Shown in pieces: positions 21,105 through 34,586 of a stretch of 64,000 nt of DNA. The first letter of the stretch is position 1. Each line of letters starts with the position of its first letter. The DNA is from Pseudomonadota bacterium (GTDB taxonomy: Bacteria > Pseudomonadota > Gammaproteobacteria > SURF-13): assembly GCA_027624315.1 (NCBI GenBank), contig JAQBXX010000005.1, positions 51-64,050 of the forward strand, in the 5' to 3' direction. The notes under the pieces were generated by a model. The model saw only the letters and a list, made by a program, of their open reading frames with translations. It was not told where the DNA came from and made no database searches. Made by a program: the position numbers and the translations under genes.

Positions 21105-21908
21105 TCAGGCCGATCCAGTGTCGGGCCTGCGGAATACCGCGGTGTATCCCGTGGTGAAGGATTTCTCGAAATCCAGGCGATCCAGCCAGTAAAAAAGAGG
21201 GCGTATCACCCACGCCAGCAGTGGATTAAACGCCAGCCAGAACGGCAGAAACAGCAGCGACCAGCCCAGGCAGGCCAGCACAGATTGGCCGCGCTTGTGC
21301 GCGCGGAAGGGATCCACCGATTTCATCGCCTTGCGTGGCAGGTCCGTCAGGCGTTTCCCAAGCAGCCAGTAGGCGCCCCCCACCTTTTCGCAGCGCGCCA
21401 TATCCCATCCGGTGCGTTGTGCCAGTTGTGCCAGTCCGTAATGCGTGAAGTGGAAGAAGTGCCATGGCTCGCCGTGAAGCGGGGAATTCATTGGCACGCT
21501 CAGGATGAGCAAGCCACCCGGCCGGGTGACGCGCAGCAACTCACGCAAGACCTCCTCCGGGTTTGCTACGTGTTCCAGCACCTGGGTCAGCACTACAGCA
21601 TCGTAATACATATCGGCGCGGGGAATGGCGTCGAGGTAGCACTCGAAGTCGTGTGGGCAACGATAAAACCCGTCCGGTACGTCGCAAGACTCATAGCGCT
21701 GGCGCTGGAACACCGGGCGGTAAGGGCGGCTCCCCGCGCTGGCATCCAGCACTCGTGTGCCCGCAGCCAATCCTGCCGCCTCTTCCCTCAGGAACTGCCG
21801 GATACGGGCATTTTCCGGGTCGCACAGTGCCCCAAGCCCATCGGCGGGCCACCAGCCCAGCCAACCAGCGCGTGGATTCAAAGGCACATCTTTTGTGTCA
21901 GCGCTCAT
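21105..21908 (-). CDS. Class I SAM-dependent methyltransferase
   Basis: VLDASAGS, TQVLEHV, RVTRPGG; located inside the LPS cluster. Confidence 0.82.
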   Translation of the reverse strand: MSADTKDVPLNPRAGWLGWWPADGLGALCDPENARIRQFLREEAAGLAAGTRVLDASAGSRPYRPVFQRQRYESCDVPDGFYRCPHDFECYLDAIPRADMYYDAVVLTQVLEHVANPEEVLRELLRVTRPGGLLILSVPMNSPLHGEPWHFFHFTHYGLAQLAQRTGWDMARCEKVGGAYWLLGKRLTDLPRKAMKSVDPFRAHKRGQSVLACLGWSLLFLPFWLAFNPLLAWVIRPLFYWLDRLDFEKSFTTGYTAVFRRPDTGSA

Positions 21909-22680
21909 CGGCGCTCCTTACCTTGTTCCGACCAGTAAGCTCAATGTCCCACAACTTGGCGTATTTCATGAACGAATTGAAACAACCTATGGCGATGTGC
22001 ACCAGGCCCGGCACGCCGTCCATGAATCCGCGCCGGATGATATAAAACTTGATAAATCGCAGCAGCGGACTGAATAGCAGTTGCAGCAGATGCGCGCGCT
22101 TGCCGCGTTGATGCAGCACTGCCGCTTGCAGGGACGTGTAGCGATTCTGTTTGGCGAGATACGCTCCCAATCCGGCTTCGGATTCGTGCATCAGGTCGCC
22201 GCTGAGCGAGCCGACGGGAGTGGCGCACACTACATGCTCGTGGATTACGTCGGTGCTCCACGCGGCATGCCTGCGGTCAAACAGGCGCAGGCTCACATCG
22301 GGGTAGCCCTCGCCGTGGCGCAGCCAGCGCCCCATGAAACGGTTGCAGCGCTTGCAGGCGTAGGCGTGATGTGGCGGCGGGGTGTCCATCAGCGCGCGGA
22401 TGGAGTGCGCCAGGTCCGGGCTCACCCATTCGTCGGCGTCGATGCTCAGTATCCAGTCATGTGCGGCCTGCGTGACGGCGAAATTCTTCTGTGCGCCATA
22501 GCCCGGCCAGTCGTTGTGGATGACGCGCGCGGCGGATTCTGCGGCGATGGAGAGCGTGGCGTCGGTGCTGCCCGAATCCACCACGATGATTTCATCCGCC
22601 CACGCTACGCTCTCCAGGCATTGGCGCAATGTCGCGGCGGCGTTCAGCGTGATAATGGTGACGCTCAGCGGTGTGGTCAT
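21898..22680 (-). CDS. GT2 glycosyltransferase (KdtX/LgtF-like)
   Basis: VVDSGSTD, WPGYGAQKN, IDADE, GFMDG. Confidence 0.9.
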   Translation of the reverse strand: MTTPLSVTIITLNAAATLRQCLESVAWADEIIVVDSGSTDATLSIAAESAARVIHNDWPGYGAQKNFAVTQAAHDWILSIDADEWVSPDLAHSIRALMDTPPPHHAYACKRCNRFMGRWLRHGEGYPDVSLRLFDRRHAAWSTDVIHEHVVCATPVGSLSGDLMHESEAGLGAYLAKQNRYTSLQAAVLHQRGKRAHLLQLLFSPLLRFIKFYIIRRGFMDGVPGLVHIAIGCFNSFMKYAKLWDIELTGRNKVRSADER

Positions 22681-22692
22681 AGATATGTTCCA

Positions 22693-23610
22693 TTAAGCAC
22701 GGTGGTATACGTCGGTTTCACCCGGCGGGCGGTCCTTAAAGCGCCGGTGTACCCAGAGGTATTGTTCTGGCGCCTTGCGCACCTGCTCTTCAATCAAGTG
22801 ATGGATATGTCGCATGTCGTTTTCGACGCTGGTGCCCGGTATGCTTTCTAATGCAGACAGCAAAACAAGACGGTAACCCTGCGCATCGGACAGGCGTTGA
22901 ATGAAGAAGGGCACGATGGGCGCGCCGCTGATTTTTGCCAGGCGCACCGGCGCTGGATTGGTGGCCGCCACCACGCCGAAGAACGGCACAAAGACGCTGT
23001 GCTTGTGACCGTAATTCTGATCCGAAGCGTACCACACCGGAATATTCTGCTGCAGGCTTTGTAACATGCCGCGCACATCGTCGCTCGCAATGGCTTTTTC
23101 ACAGCGCGCCTCGCGCGCACGTTTCATCACCGTTTCAAACAGCGCGTTCTTGTGTGTACGGTACATGGCGTGAAATCGCGCGTGCATGGCGAGCAGATGG
23201 GTGCCGATTTCGAGGGTGGTGAAATGAGCGCTGAGCAGGATCACGCCATGACCCCGGGCCAGCGCGTGATCGAGATGTTCCAGTCCCTCAATGTGGGCGA
23301 GCGGACGCAGCCTGGCATCCGGCATCCACCAGCTCATCGCCGTTTCCAGCAGGCTGATGCCGAGTGATTCGAAATGATGGCGCAGTAAAGCGTTGTGTTC
23401 TTGCTCGCTCAACTGCGGGAAGCACAGCGCGAGGTTGATTGCCGCGATATGCCGGCGGCGCGGCTGTAACAGGAGCATCAGCCGACCCAGCCTGTGCCCG
23501 GCGTATAACTGCCAGCGGTAGGGCAGATGCGCCATGCTCCACAGCAAGGCCAGTCCCGCCCAGGTGGGCCAGTAGCGTGGCGAGAGATGGCTTGCGCGTG
23601 TGGATGTCAT
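22693..23610 (-). CDS. lpxL: Lipid A lauroyl acyltransferase
   Basis: HFTTLE, WYASDQ, VFVPFFG, PEQYLWVHRRFK. Confidence 0.92.
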   Translation of the reverse strand: MTSTRASHLSPRYWPTWAGLALLWSMAHLPYRWQLYAGHRLGRLMLLLQPRRRHIAAINLALCFPQLSEQEHNALLRHHFESLGISLLETAMSWWMPDARLRPLAHIEGLEHLDHALARGHGVILLSAHFTTLEIGTHLLAMHARFHAMYRTHKNALFETVMKRAREARCEKAIASDDVRGMLQSLQQNIPVWYASDQNYGHKHSVFVPFFGVVAATNPAPVRLAKISGAPIVPFFIQRLSDAQGYRLVLLSALESIPGTSVENDMRHIHHLIEEQVRKAPEQYLWVHRRFKDRPPGETDVYHRA

Positions 23611-23733
23611 GGAGGAAGTTTTTACCGGGCGCTGGTGCGCCTGTTTACTGAACGCATCTTAGCGTAATCCCGACTGAAATTTGCAACCCCTTGTGCGATA
23701 ATCCGGTCAGCATTGAAAGTGGCGAACGCACAC

Positions 23734-25191
23734 ATGACTCTGCACATTCCTGATTTTTCCTCCGCGCGCGTGCTGGTGGCGGGTGATGTCATGCTCGACC
23801 GCTACTGGCACGGGGCCACTGCGCGCATCTCGCCCGAGGCGCCGGTGCCGGTGGTGCGCGTGGAGACGAGCGAGGAGCGTCCGGGCGGTGCGGGCAATGT
23901 GGCGCTCAATGTCGCCGCGGTGGGTGCGCGTGTGACAGTTGCGGGCCTGACCGGGGCGGACGAGGCCGCGCAGGCGCTGGAGCGCTTGCTGGCGGCGGCG
24001 CAGGTGGAATGTCTGTTCGAGCATATTCCGGGTTCCGCCACCGTGACCAAGCTGCGCGTGTTGAGCCGGCATCAGCAGCTCATCCGCCTCGATTTTGAGG
24101 ATGGCTTTCGTCAGCCGGATGCACAGGCGCTGTCGCAACAGGTGGTGCAGCGCTTGCAGAAGAACGACGTGCTGGTGCTGTCCGATTACGGCAAGGGCGC
24201 CTTGCGCGCTGCGCCGGAGATCATCGCTGCCGCGCGCGCCGCGGGCAAGCCGGTGCTGGTGGACCCCAAGGGCAGGGATTTCGAGCCGTATCGCGGCGCG
24301 ACGCTGATGACGCCCAATCTGGCGGAATTCGAGGCGGTCGTCGGCCACTGCGCCGATGAGGACGAACTGGTGCGCAAGGGCGAGGCGTTGCGCCACAGTC
24401 TGGCATTGAACGCGCTCGTCATCACGCGCAGCGAGCGCGGCATGACGCTGCTGCGCGCAGACCATCCTGCGCTGCATCTCCCCGCGCAGGCGCGCGAGGT
24501 GTTTGATGTCACCGGCGCGGGCGATACCGTGATCGCGCTGTTCGCCGCAGCGCTTGCGGCGGGCGCGGATATGGCCGATGCCGCGCGGCTGGCCAATCTC
24601 GCTGCGGGCATCGTGGTGGGCAAACTCGGCGCCGCCACCGTGAGCGTGCACGAACTGCGCAGTGCGCTGCATGCGCACGTGTCCACCCGGCAAGGCGTGG
24701 TGAGCGAAGAAGATCTACTCGCGGCGGTGGCGCAGGTGCGCGCGCGCAGCGAGACCATCGTGATGACCAACGGCTGTTTCGATATTCTGCATGCGGGCCA
24801 TGTGCGTTATCTGGAGCAGGCCAAACGCCTGGGCGATCACCTGATTATTGCCGTCAACGACGACGCCTCGGTGCGCAGGCTCAACAAAGGCACTGGGGCA
24901 ACAGAGCGTCCGCTCAACCCGCTCGATGTGCGCATGGAAGTGCTGGCGGCATTGAAGTGTGTGGACTGGGTGGTGCCGTTTTCGGAAGACACGCCGGAGC
25001 GTCTGATCTGCCGCGTGCTGCCCGACAAGCTGGTGAAGGGCGGCGATTACAAGCCGGAGCAGATTGCCGGCCATCGCTGTGTCACCGCGCACGGCGGTGA
25101 GGTGCGCATCCTCAGTTATGAGCAGGGCCATTCCACCACGCGCCTCATCGAGAAGATGCAGGGCGGCGCAAAAGGCAAGGGCGCGCGATGA
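23734..25191 (+). CDS. hldE: Bifunctional heptose-7-phosphate kinase/heptose-1-phosphate adenylyltransferase
   Basis: [42 protein letters not shown]; alternative TTG start at 23713. Confidence 0.96.
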   Translation: MTLHIPDFSSARVLVAGDVMLDRYWHGATARISPEAPVPVVRVETSEERPGGAGNVALNVAAVGARVTVAGLTGADEAAQALERLLAAAQVECLFEHIPGSATVTKLRVLSRHQQLIRLDFEDGFRQPDAQALSQQVVQRLQKNDVLVLSDYGKGALRAAPEIIAAARAAGKPVLVDPKGRDFEPYRGATLMTPNLAEFEAVVGHCADEDELVRKGEALRHSLALNALVITRSERGMTLLRADHPALHLPAQAREVFDVTGAGDTVIALFAAALAAGADMADAARLANLAAGIVVGKLGAATVSVHELRSALHAHVSTRQGVVSEEDLLAAVAQVRARSETIVMTNGCFDILHAGHVRYLEQAKRLGDHLIIAVNDDASVRRLNKGTGATERPLNPLDVRMEVLAALKCVDWVVPFSEDTPERLICRVLPDKLVKGGDYKPEQIAGHRCVTAHGGEVRILSYEQGHSTTRLIEKMQGGAKGKGAR

Positions 25192-26162
25192 TTGTTGTTA
25201 CCGGCGGGGCGGGGTTTATCGGCAGCAATCTGGTCAAGGCGCTGAACGAGCGCGGCCGCAGCGACGTGCTGGTGGTCGACAATCTCGAAGACGGCACCAA
25301 GTTCGCCAACATCGCCGATTGCACCATCCTCGACTATCTCGACCAGGACGACTTTCTTGCGCGCGTGACGGCGGGCGCGGACTTCCCTGAACCGATTGAG
25401 GCGATCTTCCATCAGGGCGCTTGTTCCGCCACCACGGAATGGGACGGGCGCTACATGCTGCGCAACAACTACGAATATTCCAAACACCTGCTGCATTACT
25501 GTCTCGACCGCCACATACCTTTTATTTATGCGTCGAGCGCGGCGGTGTACGGCGCGGGCAAGGTGTTCAAGGAAGACCCCGCCTGCGAGACGCCGCTCAA
25601 CGTCTACGGTTACTCCAAGCTTCTCTTCGACCAGTACGTGCGGCGCCACCTCGGCACGGCGTGGAGCCAGGTGGTGGGCCTGCGCTATTTCAATGTGTAC
25701 GGACCGCGCGAGCAGTACAAGGGCGGCATGGCGAGCGTGGCGCTTCATCTGCACAATCAACTGCACGCCAGCGGCAAGCTGCGCCTGTTCGAGGGCTCCG
25801 GCGGTTATGGCCCGGGCGAGCAGCGGCGCGACTTCATCTACGTGGCGGACGCGGTGGCGGTGAACCTGTGGTTCTGGGAGCAGCGCGACAAGTCCGGCAT
25901 CTTCAATCTCGGCACCGGCAAGAGCCGCAGCTTCAACGACGTGGCGTGCGCGGTGATCCACGCCGAAGGGCGCGGCGAGATCGATTACATCCCGTTCCCC
26001 GATCACCTGTGCGGGCATTATCAGAGCTTCACCGAGGCCGACATGGACGCCCTGCGCGCCGCCGGTTATACCCAGCCGTTCACGGACGTCGAGGCGGGTG
26101 TGAGCAAATACATGGAGTGGCTTAAAGACAGAGAAAAGATACAAGAGCAAAGAGAAAAGTAA
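25188..26162 (+). CDS. hldD: ADP-L-glycero-D-manno-heptose 6-epimerase
   Basis: [31 protein letters not shown]. Confidence 0.96.
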   Translation: MIVVTGGAGFIGSNLVKALNERGRSDVLVVDNLEDGTKFANIADCTILDYLDQDDFLARVTAGADFPEPIEAIFHQGACSATTEWDGRYMLRNNYEYSKHLLHYCLDRHIPFIYASSAAVYGAGKVFKEDPACETPLNVYGYSKLLFDQYVRRHLGTAWSQVVGLRYFNVYGPREQYKGGMASVALHLHNQLHASGKLRLFEGSGGYGPGEQRRDFIYVADAVAVNLWFWEQRDKSGIFNLGTGKSRSFNDVACAVIHAEGRGEIDYIPFPDHLCGHYQSFTEADMDALRAAGYTQPFTDVEAGVSKYMEWLKDREKIQEQREK

Positions 26163-26205
26163 AAATGCAGGAAACTTTTCTCTTGTAACTTTTCTCTTTT
26201 CTCTG
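26129..26205. repeat. Inverted array of heptamer repeats (AGAGAAA-type)
   Basis: AGAGAAA AGATACA AGAGCAA AGAGAAA AGT ... ACT TTTCTCT TGTAACT TTTCTCT TTTCTCT. Confidence 0.7.
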
Positions 26206-26210
26206 CCTTT

Positions 26211-27485
26211 ATGAGACATGCATACACCCTGCTGTTATACCTGCTGCTCCCGCTGGTGCTGCTGCGCCTGCTCTGGCGCGGGCTGCGCGCCCCGGCCTAC
26301 TGGCGGCGCTGGCCGGAGCGTTTCGGTTTTGTCCCGCCGCTGACACCGTCCGACGCCCCCGTCATCTGGCTGCATGCGGTGTCGGTGGGCGAGGTGCAGG
26401 CCGCGACCCCGCTCGTGCGCGCGCTGCATGCGCGCTACCCGCGCCACACCTTCGTGCTCACCACCATGACGCCGACCAGTGCGGAGCAGGTGCGCGCGAG
26501 CTTCGGGCGCGAGGTCGTACACTATTATGTGCCCTATGATCTGCCCGGTGCGGTGCGGCGTTTCCTGACGCGCGTACGTCCCAGCATCGCCATCATCATG
26601 GAGACCGAACTGTGGCCGAACATCTTTCACGGCTGTCACGCGCGCGCGATTCCGCTGCTGCTCGCCAACGTGCGCCTGTCGGAGCGTTCCGCCGCAGGCT
26701 ACCGGCGCATCGGCCGTTTGGCGGCGGAGATGCTGAGCCACGTCACTGCGATTGCCGCGCAAACGCAAGCTGACGCCGCGCGCATCATCGCGCTGGGGGC
26801 GGAGGCCGCGCGCGTGCGCGTCACCGGCAGCATCAAGTTCGATGTCAGACTGCCCGCGAGCCTGCGCGAAGAGGCCGCCGTGCTGCGCCGCGGCCTCGGC
26901 GTAGAGCGTGCGGTGTGGATTGCGGCGAGCACGCGCGAGGGCGAGGAGCCGCTCATCCTCGACGCCTTTGCCAGCGTGCGGCGCGCACTGCCGCAGGCCC
27001 TGCTGGTGCTGGTGCCGCGCCATCCCGAACGTTTCGCCAAGGTGGCGGCGCTGTGCCGCAAGCGCGGCTTCAGCACCGTACTGCGCAGCGAGCGGCGTGC
27101 GTGCGACACCGGCACTGCGGTATTCATCGGCGACACCATGGGTGAACTCACGCTGCTGTACGCCGCGTCGGATGTCGCCTTCGTCGGCGGCAGCCTGGTG
27201 CCCACCGGCGGCCATAACATGATCGAACCTGCCGCACTCGGTCTGCCGGTCATTGTCGGGCCGCATGTGTTCAATTTCGCAGAGGTGAGCCATCTGCTGT
27301 GCGATGCGGGCGCGGCGGAGCAGGTGAAAAACACGGAACAACTCGCCGCCGCCGTATTGGCGTACCTCACGGATGCCAACCTGCGCCATGCCACGGGCGA
27401 GAAGGGGCGCCGGCTGGTGGAGCAGAACCGCGGCGCGCAGGAGAAGGTGCTGCACATGATTGCCGAGGTGATGCCCGCGCCATGA
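26211..27485 (+). CDS. waaA: Kdo transferase
   Basis: WLHAVSVGE, METELWPN, VPRHPERF, DTMGEL, GGHNMIEPA. Confidence 0.96.
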   Translation: MRHAYTLLLYLLLPLVLLRLLWRGLRAPAYWRRWPERFGFVPPLTPSDAPVIWLHAVSVGEVQAATPLVRALHARYPRHTFVLTTMTPTSAEQVRASFGREVVHYYVPYDLPGAVRRFLTRVRPSIAIIMETELWPNIFHGCHARAIPLLLANVRLSERSAAGYRRIGRLAAEMLSHVTAIAAQTQADAARIIALGAEAARVRVTGSIKFDVRLPASLREEAAVLRRGLGVERAVWIAASTREGEEPLILDAFASVRRALPQALLVLVPRHPERFAKVAALCRKRGFSTVLRSERRACDTGTAVFIGDTMGELTLLYAASDVAFVGGSLVPTGGHNMIEPAALGLPVIVGPHVFNFAEVSHLLCDAGAAEQVKNTEQLAAAVLAYLTDANLRHATGEKGRRLVEQNRGAQEKVLHMIAEVMPAP

Positions 27486-28693
27486 GTAATGCGGAATACG
27501 ATGTCGTTATCGTCGGCGCCGGTATCGTCGGTGCCACGCTGGCCTGCGCGCTGGCCGACTCCGGTCTGCGCATGGCGCTGATTGAGGCGCGTGTACCAGC
27601 GCGCACCTGGCCCGCCGACAGCCGCGATCTGCGCGTGAGCGCGATCACGCCCGGCTCGATGCGCGTGTTGCATGCGCTCGGTGTGTGGCGCAACGTCGTA
27701 GCGCAGCGCGCGCAGCCGTTTCATGCAATGCAGGTGTGGGACGCCACAGGCGACGGCGCGATTCATTTTGACAGCGCCGATATTGACGCTGACAGTCTCG
27801 GCTACATTGTCGAGAACCGCGTGCTGCAACACGCGCTGCTGGAGCGCGCAGAGCGCCACACCAATATCGAGTGGCGCTGTCCGGAGAGCGTCACTGCCGT
27901 GGAGTTTGGCGACGCTCAGACGACGGTGGCGACGGCAGCGGGCCACACATTGCGCGCGCGTCTGGTGGTGGGCGCCGACGGGCCCGATTCCGGCATCCGC
28001 GCGCTGGCGGGCATTGCCACGCACGGCTGGGCCTATGCGCAGAGCGCGCTGGTGGCCAACGTCAAGACCGCACGCCCGCACCAGGACACCGCCGGGCAGC
28101 GTTTTCTGCCCGGCGGCCCGCTTGCCTTTTTGCCGCTCACCGACGGTTACAGCGCCGTCGTGTGGACGCTGCCTACGGCCGAGGCCGAGCGTCTGCGTGC
28201 GCTGGACGAGGCCGCGTTTGCGCGCGAACTGGAGACCGCACTGGAATCGCGCCTGGGGCGCGTCGAGCAGGTCGGATCACGCGCGTGCTTTCCGCTGCGG
28301 CTGCTGTGGGCCGAGCATACGGTGCAGGCGCGCCTCGCGCTGATCGGCGACGCGGCGCATACCGTGCATCCGCTCGCCGGCCAGGGGCTCAATCTGGGCA
28401 TCATGGATGCCGCGGTGCTCGCCGAGGTGATTACAGATGCGCGCGCCCGGCGCAAGGATATCGGTGCCTTGAGCATACTGCGGCGCTACGAACGCTGGCG
28501 CAAGACCGACGTGCTGGCCACGGGCGCGGCGCTGGAGGGCCTGCATCGCTTGTTCGGGAGTTCGCTGGCGCCCGTGCACTGGGCGCGCAATGCGGGGTTG
28601 ACGCTGACCGATGCGCTCACGCCGCTGAAAACCCTCATCATGCGCCACGCCGCAGGGGTGGCGGGCGATCTGCCGCGCCTTGCGCAACTTTAA
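27482..28693 (+). CDS. UbiH/UbiF/VisC-family FAD-dependent hydroxylase (UbiI-like)
   Basis: IVGAGIVG, DLRVSAI, VGADG, GDAAHTVHPLAGQGLNLG; ATGA overlap with waaA. Confidence 0.9.
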   Translation: MSNAEYDVVIVGAGIVGATLACALADSGLRMALIEARVPARTWPADSRDLRVSAITPGSMRVLHALGVWRNVVAQRAQPFHAMQVWDATGDGAIHFDSADIDADSLGYIVENRVLQHALLERAERHTNIEWRCPESVTAVEFGDAQTTVATAAGHTLRARLVVGADGPDSGIRALAGIATHGWAYAQSALVANVKTARPHQDTAGQRFLPGGPLAFLPLTDGYSAVVWTLPTAEAERLRALDEAAFARELETALESRLGRVEQVGSRACFPLRLLWAEHTVQARLALIGDAAHTVHPLAGQGLNLGIMDAAVLAEVITDARARRKDIGALSILRRYERWRKTDVLATGAALEGLHRLFGSSLAPVHWARNAGLTLTDALTPLKTLIMRHAAGVAGDLPRLAQL

Positions 28694-28700
28694 GGCAGCA

Positions 28701-28727
28701 CTTTAAAAAGGTCACAGGCGCCCATAC
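28701..28727 (+). promoter_or_regulatory. Possible sigma32 promoter of clpB
   Basis: CTTTAA-N13-GCCCATAC about 30 nt upstream of a heat-shock gene. Confidence 0.4.
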
Positions 28728-28756
28728 CTAAGTACAAACCCATCAGGATACCCGCC

Positions 28757-31332
<2,576 letters not shown>

Positions 31333-31333
<1 letters not shown>

Positions 31334-31370
31334 ATGCCAAGGCGCGGCCCTGATGGCCGCCTCTGGCATT
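31333..31370 (+). terminator. Hairpin after clpB (possible terminator)
   Basis: AATGCCA AGGCGCGGCC-ctgat-GGCCGCCTC TGGCATT; weak U tail. Confidence 0.4.
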
Positions 31371-31467
31371 CCTTAATTCTCCAACCATTTCCCCAGGCCA
31401 GGCGCTGCTGCGCATGGACGGCACGGCCTGTCATATCTCCTTTATGCAACCCCTTGACAGCCATGGA

Positions 31468-31515
31468 TGACTAGATGTAGTGTCATCACATCCTGTGACA
31501 CCCATCTTGTAGTGG
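31468..31515 (+). promoter_or_regulatory. Tandem NrdR boxes upstream of nrdA
   Basis: TGACTAGATGTAGTGT (31468-31483) and ACCCATCTTGTAGTGG (31500-31515) start 32 bp apart and match acaCwAtATaTwGtgt; TTGACA at 31454. Confidence 0.75.
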
Positions 31516-31658
31516 TTTATGCCAGATGTGCATCCAGCAGGAAGGCCGCAGGCGCCGCCGTTTGTCATGGAATGTGATAGGCGCAGCCTGCCCAATATAT
31601 TCAAAGACTTGTACGGCATTGCCCCGGCAGTGCCCGCCAAATTCAGAGGGGAGACAGT

Positions 31659-34583
31659 ATGCATAAGGAAACGACCCCACCGCCTTCGGTTCATATGGAA
31701 GCCGCGCTCATGGACCGACAGGAAGGTTCGAATCCCCCCGCCACTGTGCCGCTGGACGTGGCGGCCACCGCCCCCGGCCAGTTCCGCGTGATCCGCCGCA
31801 ACGGCAAGGCCACGGCGTTTGATCCGGCCAAGATCGGGGTCGCGCTGACCAAGGCCTTCATCGCGGTGGAGGGCGGCAACGGCGCCGCTTCAGCGCGCAT
31901 CCACCAGATCGTGCGCAGTCTGGCCACGCAGGTGGGCGAGGCGCTCACGCGCCGCCATCTGGGCAGCGGCGTACTGCATATCGAGGAGATTCAGGACCAG
32001 GTCGAACTGGCGCTCATGCGTGACGGCCACCACAAGGTGGCGCGCGCCTATGTGCTGTACCGCGAGGAGCGCGCGAAGGAACGCGCCAGGGAACATGCCA
32101 AGGAGCATACCGGCACTGCCCAGGCCGAGTCCGCGCCGCCCGCGCTGCACGTCACCCTGCCCGACGGCAGCCGTCCGCTGCTCGACATGCAACGGCTGCG
32201 GCGCCTGGTGGACGAGGCGTGCGAAGGGCTGCCCGAGGTATCGGTGCAGGCCATCGTCGAGGATGCGCTGCGCAACCTGTTCGACGGCGTGGCTGAGGCC
32301 GACGTGGGCCGCGCGCTGGCGATGAGCGCGCGTGCACTCATCGAGCGCGAGCCGAACTACAGCTACGTCGCCGCGCGCCTGCTGCTCGACGATCTGCGCC
32401 GCGAGGCGCTGCGCTTCCTGGGCGAGGGGCTGGCCACCGCCACCCAGGGCGAGATGCACCAGCGTTACGCGGATTATTTCGCGCACTACGTGCAGCGCGG
32501 CGTCAAACTCGAGCTGCTCGACCCGCGCTTGCAGCAGTTTGACCTCGCGCGCCTCGGCGCGGCGCTGAAACCCGAGCGTGACATGCAGTTCACCTATCTC
32601 GGCCTGCAAACGCTTTACGACCGCTATTTCCTGCACTCCAACGGCACGCGTTTCGAGTTGCCGCAGGCGTTCTTCATGCGCGTGGCGATGGGGCTTGCCA
32701 TCGGCGAAGTGGAGCGCGAGGCGCGCGCCATCGAGTTTTACAACCTGCTGTCCTCGTTCGATTTCATGAGTTCCACGCCCACGCTGTTCAATGCGGGCAC
32801 GCTGCGCCCGCAGCTTTCCAGCTGCTATCTCACCACCGTAGCGGACGACCTCGACGGCATCTACAGCGCCATCAAGGACAACGCGCTGCTGTCCAAATAC
32901 GCCGGCGGTCTCGGCAACGACTGGACGCCGGTGCGCGCCATGGGCGCCCACATCAAGGGCACCAACGGCAAGTCGCAGGGCGTGGTGCCATTCCTCAAGG
33001 TGGCGAACGACACCGCCGTGGCGGTGAACCAGGGCGGCAAGCGCAAGGGCGCGGTGTGCGCCTATCTCGAAACCTGGCACCTCGACATCGAGGAGTTTCT
33101 GGAACTGCGCAAGAACACCGGTGACGAGCGCCGCCGCACGCACGACATGAACACCGCCAACTGGGTGCCGGATCTGTTCATGAAACGCGTGTACGACAAC
33201 GCCGAGTGGACGCTGTTTTCGCCCAACGAGACGCCCGATCTGCACGATCTTACCGGTCGCGCCTTCGAAGAGGCCTACGTGCGCTATGAGAAAAAGGCCG
33301 CGCGCGGCGAGATGAAGGTCTTCAAGCGCATGCCGGCGCTTAACCTGTGGCGCAAGATGCTCAGCATGGTGTTCGAGACCGGCCATCCGTGGATCACGTT
33401 CAAGGACGCGTGCAACCTGCGCAGCCCGCAGCAGCATGTGGGCATGGTGCACAGCTCCAACCTCTGCACCGAGATCACGCTCAATACCTCGAAAGACGAA
33501 ATCGCGGTGTGCAACTTGGGTTCCATCAATCTTGCTGCGCACATCGGTGAGCGCGGGCTTGATCTGGAAAAATTGGCCCGCACCGTACGCACCGCGATGC
33601 GCATGCTTGACAACGTGATCGACATCAACTACTACAGCGTGCCGCAGGCGCGCCACTCCAACCTGCAACACCGCCCGGTGGGCCTCGGCATCATGGGCTT
33701 TCAGGACGCGCTGCACAAGCTGCGCCTGCCGTATGCCTCGGAGCCCGCCGTGACGTTCGCCGATAGCTCCATGGAAGCGGTGAGCTACTACACCATCCTG
33801 GCGTCCACCGAGCTTGCCGCCGAACGCGGCACCTATCCGAGCTTCAAGGGCTCGCTGTGGAGCCGAGGCATCCTGCCGCTCGACAGCATCCGGCTGCTGG
33901 CCGAGCAGCGCGGCGGCCATCTGGAGATGGACGATCAGCCCAGTGCCGATCTCAAACTCGACTGGGCAGCCCTGCGCCAGCGCGTGATGACGGTTGGCAT
34001 GCGCAACTCCAACTGCATGGCGATTGCGCCCACCGCCACCATCTCCAACATCTGCGGCGTGGGTCAGTCCATCGAGCCCACCTACCAGAACCTGTTCGTG
34101 AAGTCGAACCTGTCCGGCGAGTTCACCGTGGTGAACCCCTATCTGGTGCGCGATCTCAAGCAGCGCGGCCTGTGGGACGAGGTGATGACGAACGACCTCA
34201 AGTATTTCGACGGCAGCGTGCAGGCCATCGGGCGTATCCCCGCCGAACTCAAGGCCCTCTACGCCACCGCCTTTGAGGTGGACCCGACGTGGCTCATCGA
34301 GGCCGGCAGCCGGCGCCAGAAATGGATCGACCAGGCGCAGTCGCTCAACCTGTATCTCGCCCAGCCCTCCGGCAAGAAACTGGACGAGATGTACAAGTTC
34401 GCCTGGACGCGCGGCCTCAAGACCACCTACTACCTGCGCACCCTGGGCGCAACACACGCGGAGAAGTCCACCGTCACGGACGGCGCGCTCAACGCCGTGC
34501 AGGGAGGCATCAGTGCCGCTGCGATGACGGCGCTGGCGGGCGCGTGCGCGATTGATAACCCTGACTGTGAAGCTTGTCAGTAA
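31659..34583 (+). CDS. nrdA: Ribonucleoside-diphosphate reductase alpha subunit (class Ia, two ATP cones)
   Basis: VIRRNG ATP cone, STPTLFNAG, QLSSC, SSNLCTEI, APTATIS, KTTYY, C-terminal CEACQ. Confidence 0.97.
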   Translation: MHKETTPPPSVHMEAALMDRQEGSNPPATVPLDVAATAPGQFRVIRRNGKATAFDPAKIGVALTKAFIAVEGGNGAASARIHQIVRSLATQVGEALTRRHLGSGVLHIEEIQDQVELALMRDGHHKVARAYVLYREERAKERAREHAKEHTGTAQAESAPPALHVTLPDGSRPLLDMQRLRRLVDEACEGLPEVSVQAIVEDALRNLFDGVAEADVGRALAMSARALIEREPNYSYVAARLLLDDLRREALRFLGEGLATATQGEMHQRYADYFAHYVQRGVKLELLDPRLQQFDLARLGAALKPERDMQFTYLGLQTLYDRYFLHSNGTRFELPQAFFMRVAMGLAIGEVEREARAIEFYNLLSSFDFMSSTPTLFNAGTLRPQLSSCYLTTVADDLDGIYSAIKDNALLSKYAGGLGNDWTPVRAMGAHIKGTNGKSQGVVPFLKVANDTAVAVNQGGKRKGAVCAYLETWHLDIEEFLELRKNTGDERRRTHDMNTANWVPDLFMKRVYDNAEWTLFSPNETPDLHDLTGRAFEEAYVRYEKKAARGEMKVFKRMPALNLWRKMLSMVFETGHPWITFKDACNLRSPQQHVGMVHSSNLCTEITLNTSKDEIAVCNLGSINLAAHIGERGLDLEKLARTVRTAMRMLDNVIDINYYSVPQARHSNLQHRPVGLGIMGFQDALHKLRLPYASEPAVTFADSSMEAVSYYTILASTELAAERGTYPSFKGSLWSRGILPLDSIRLLAEQRGGHLEMDDQPSADLKLDWAALRQRVMTVGMRNSNCMAIAPTATISNICGVGQSIEPTYQNLFVKSNLSGEFTVVNPYLVRDLKQRGLWDEVMTNDLKYFDGSVQAIGRIPAELKALYATAFEVDPTWLIEAGSRRQKWIDQAQSLNLYLAQPSGKKLDEMYKFAWTRGLKTTYYLRTLGATHAEKSTVTDGALNAVQGGISAAAMTALAGACAIDNPDCEACQ

Positions 34584-34586
34584 CGC

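Noticed and set aside
31718-31748. AGGAAGGTTCGAATCCCCCCGCCACTGTG near the nrdA start resembles part of a cobalamin riboswitch (GGAA..GGT..AATCC..CCCGCCACTGT) or a tRNA T-arm
   Set aside because: It lies in the open nrdA frame, lacks the intervening stems and the downstream B12 box, and the T-stem does not pair. An Infernal search with RF00174 would settle it.
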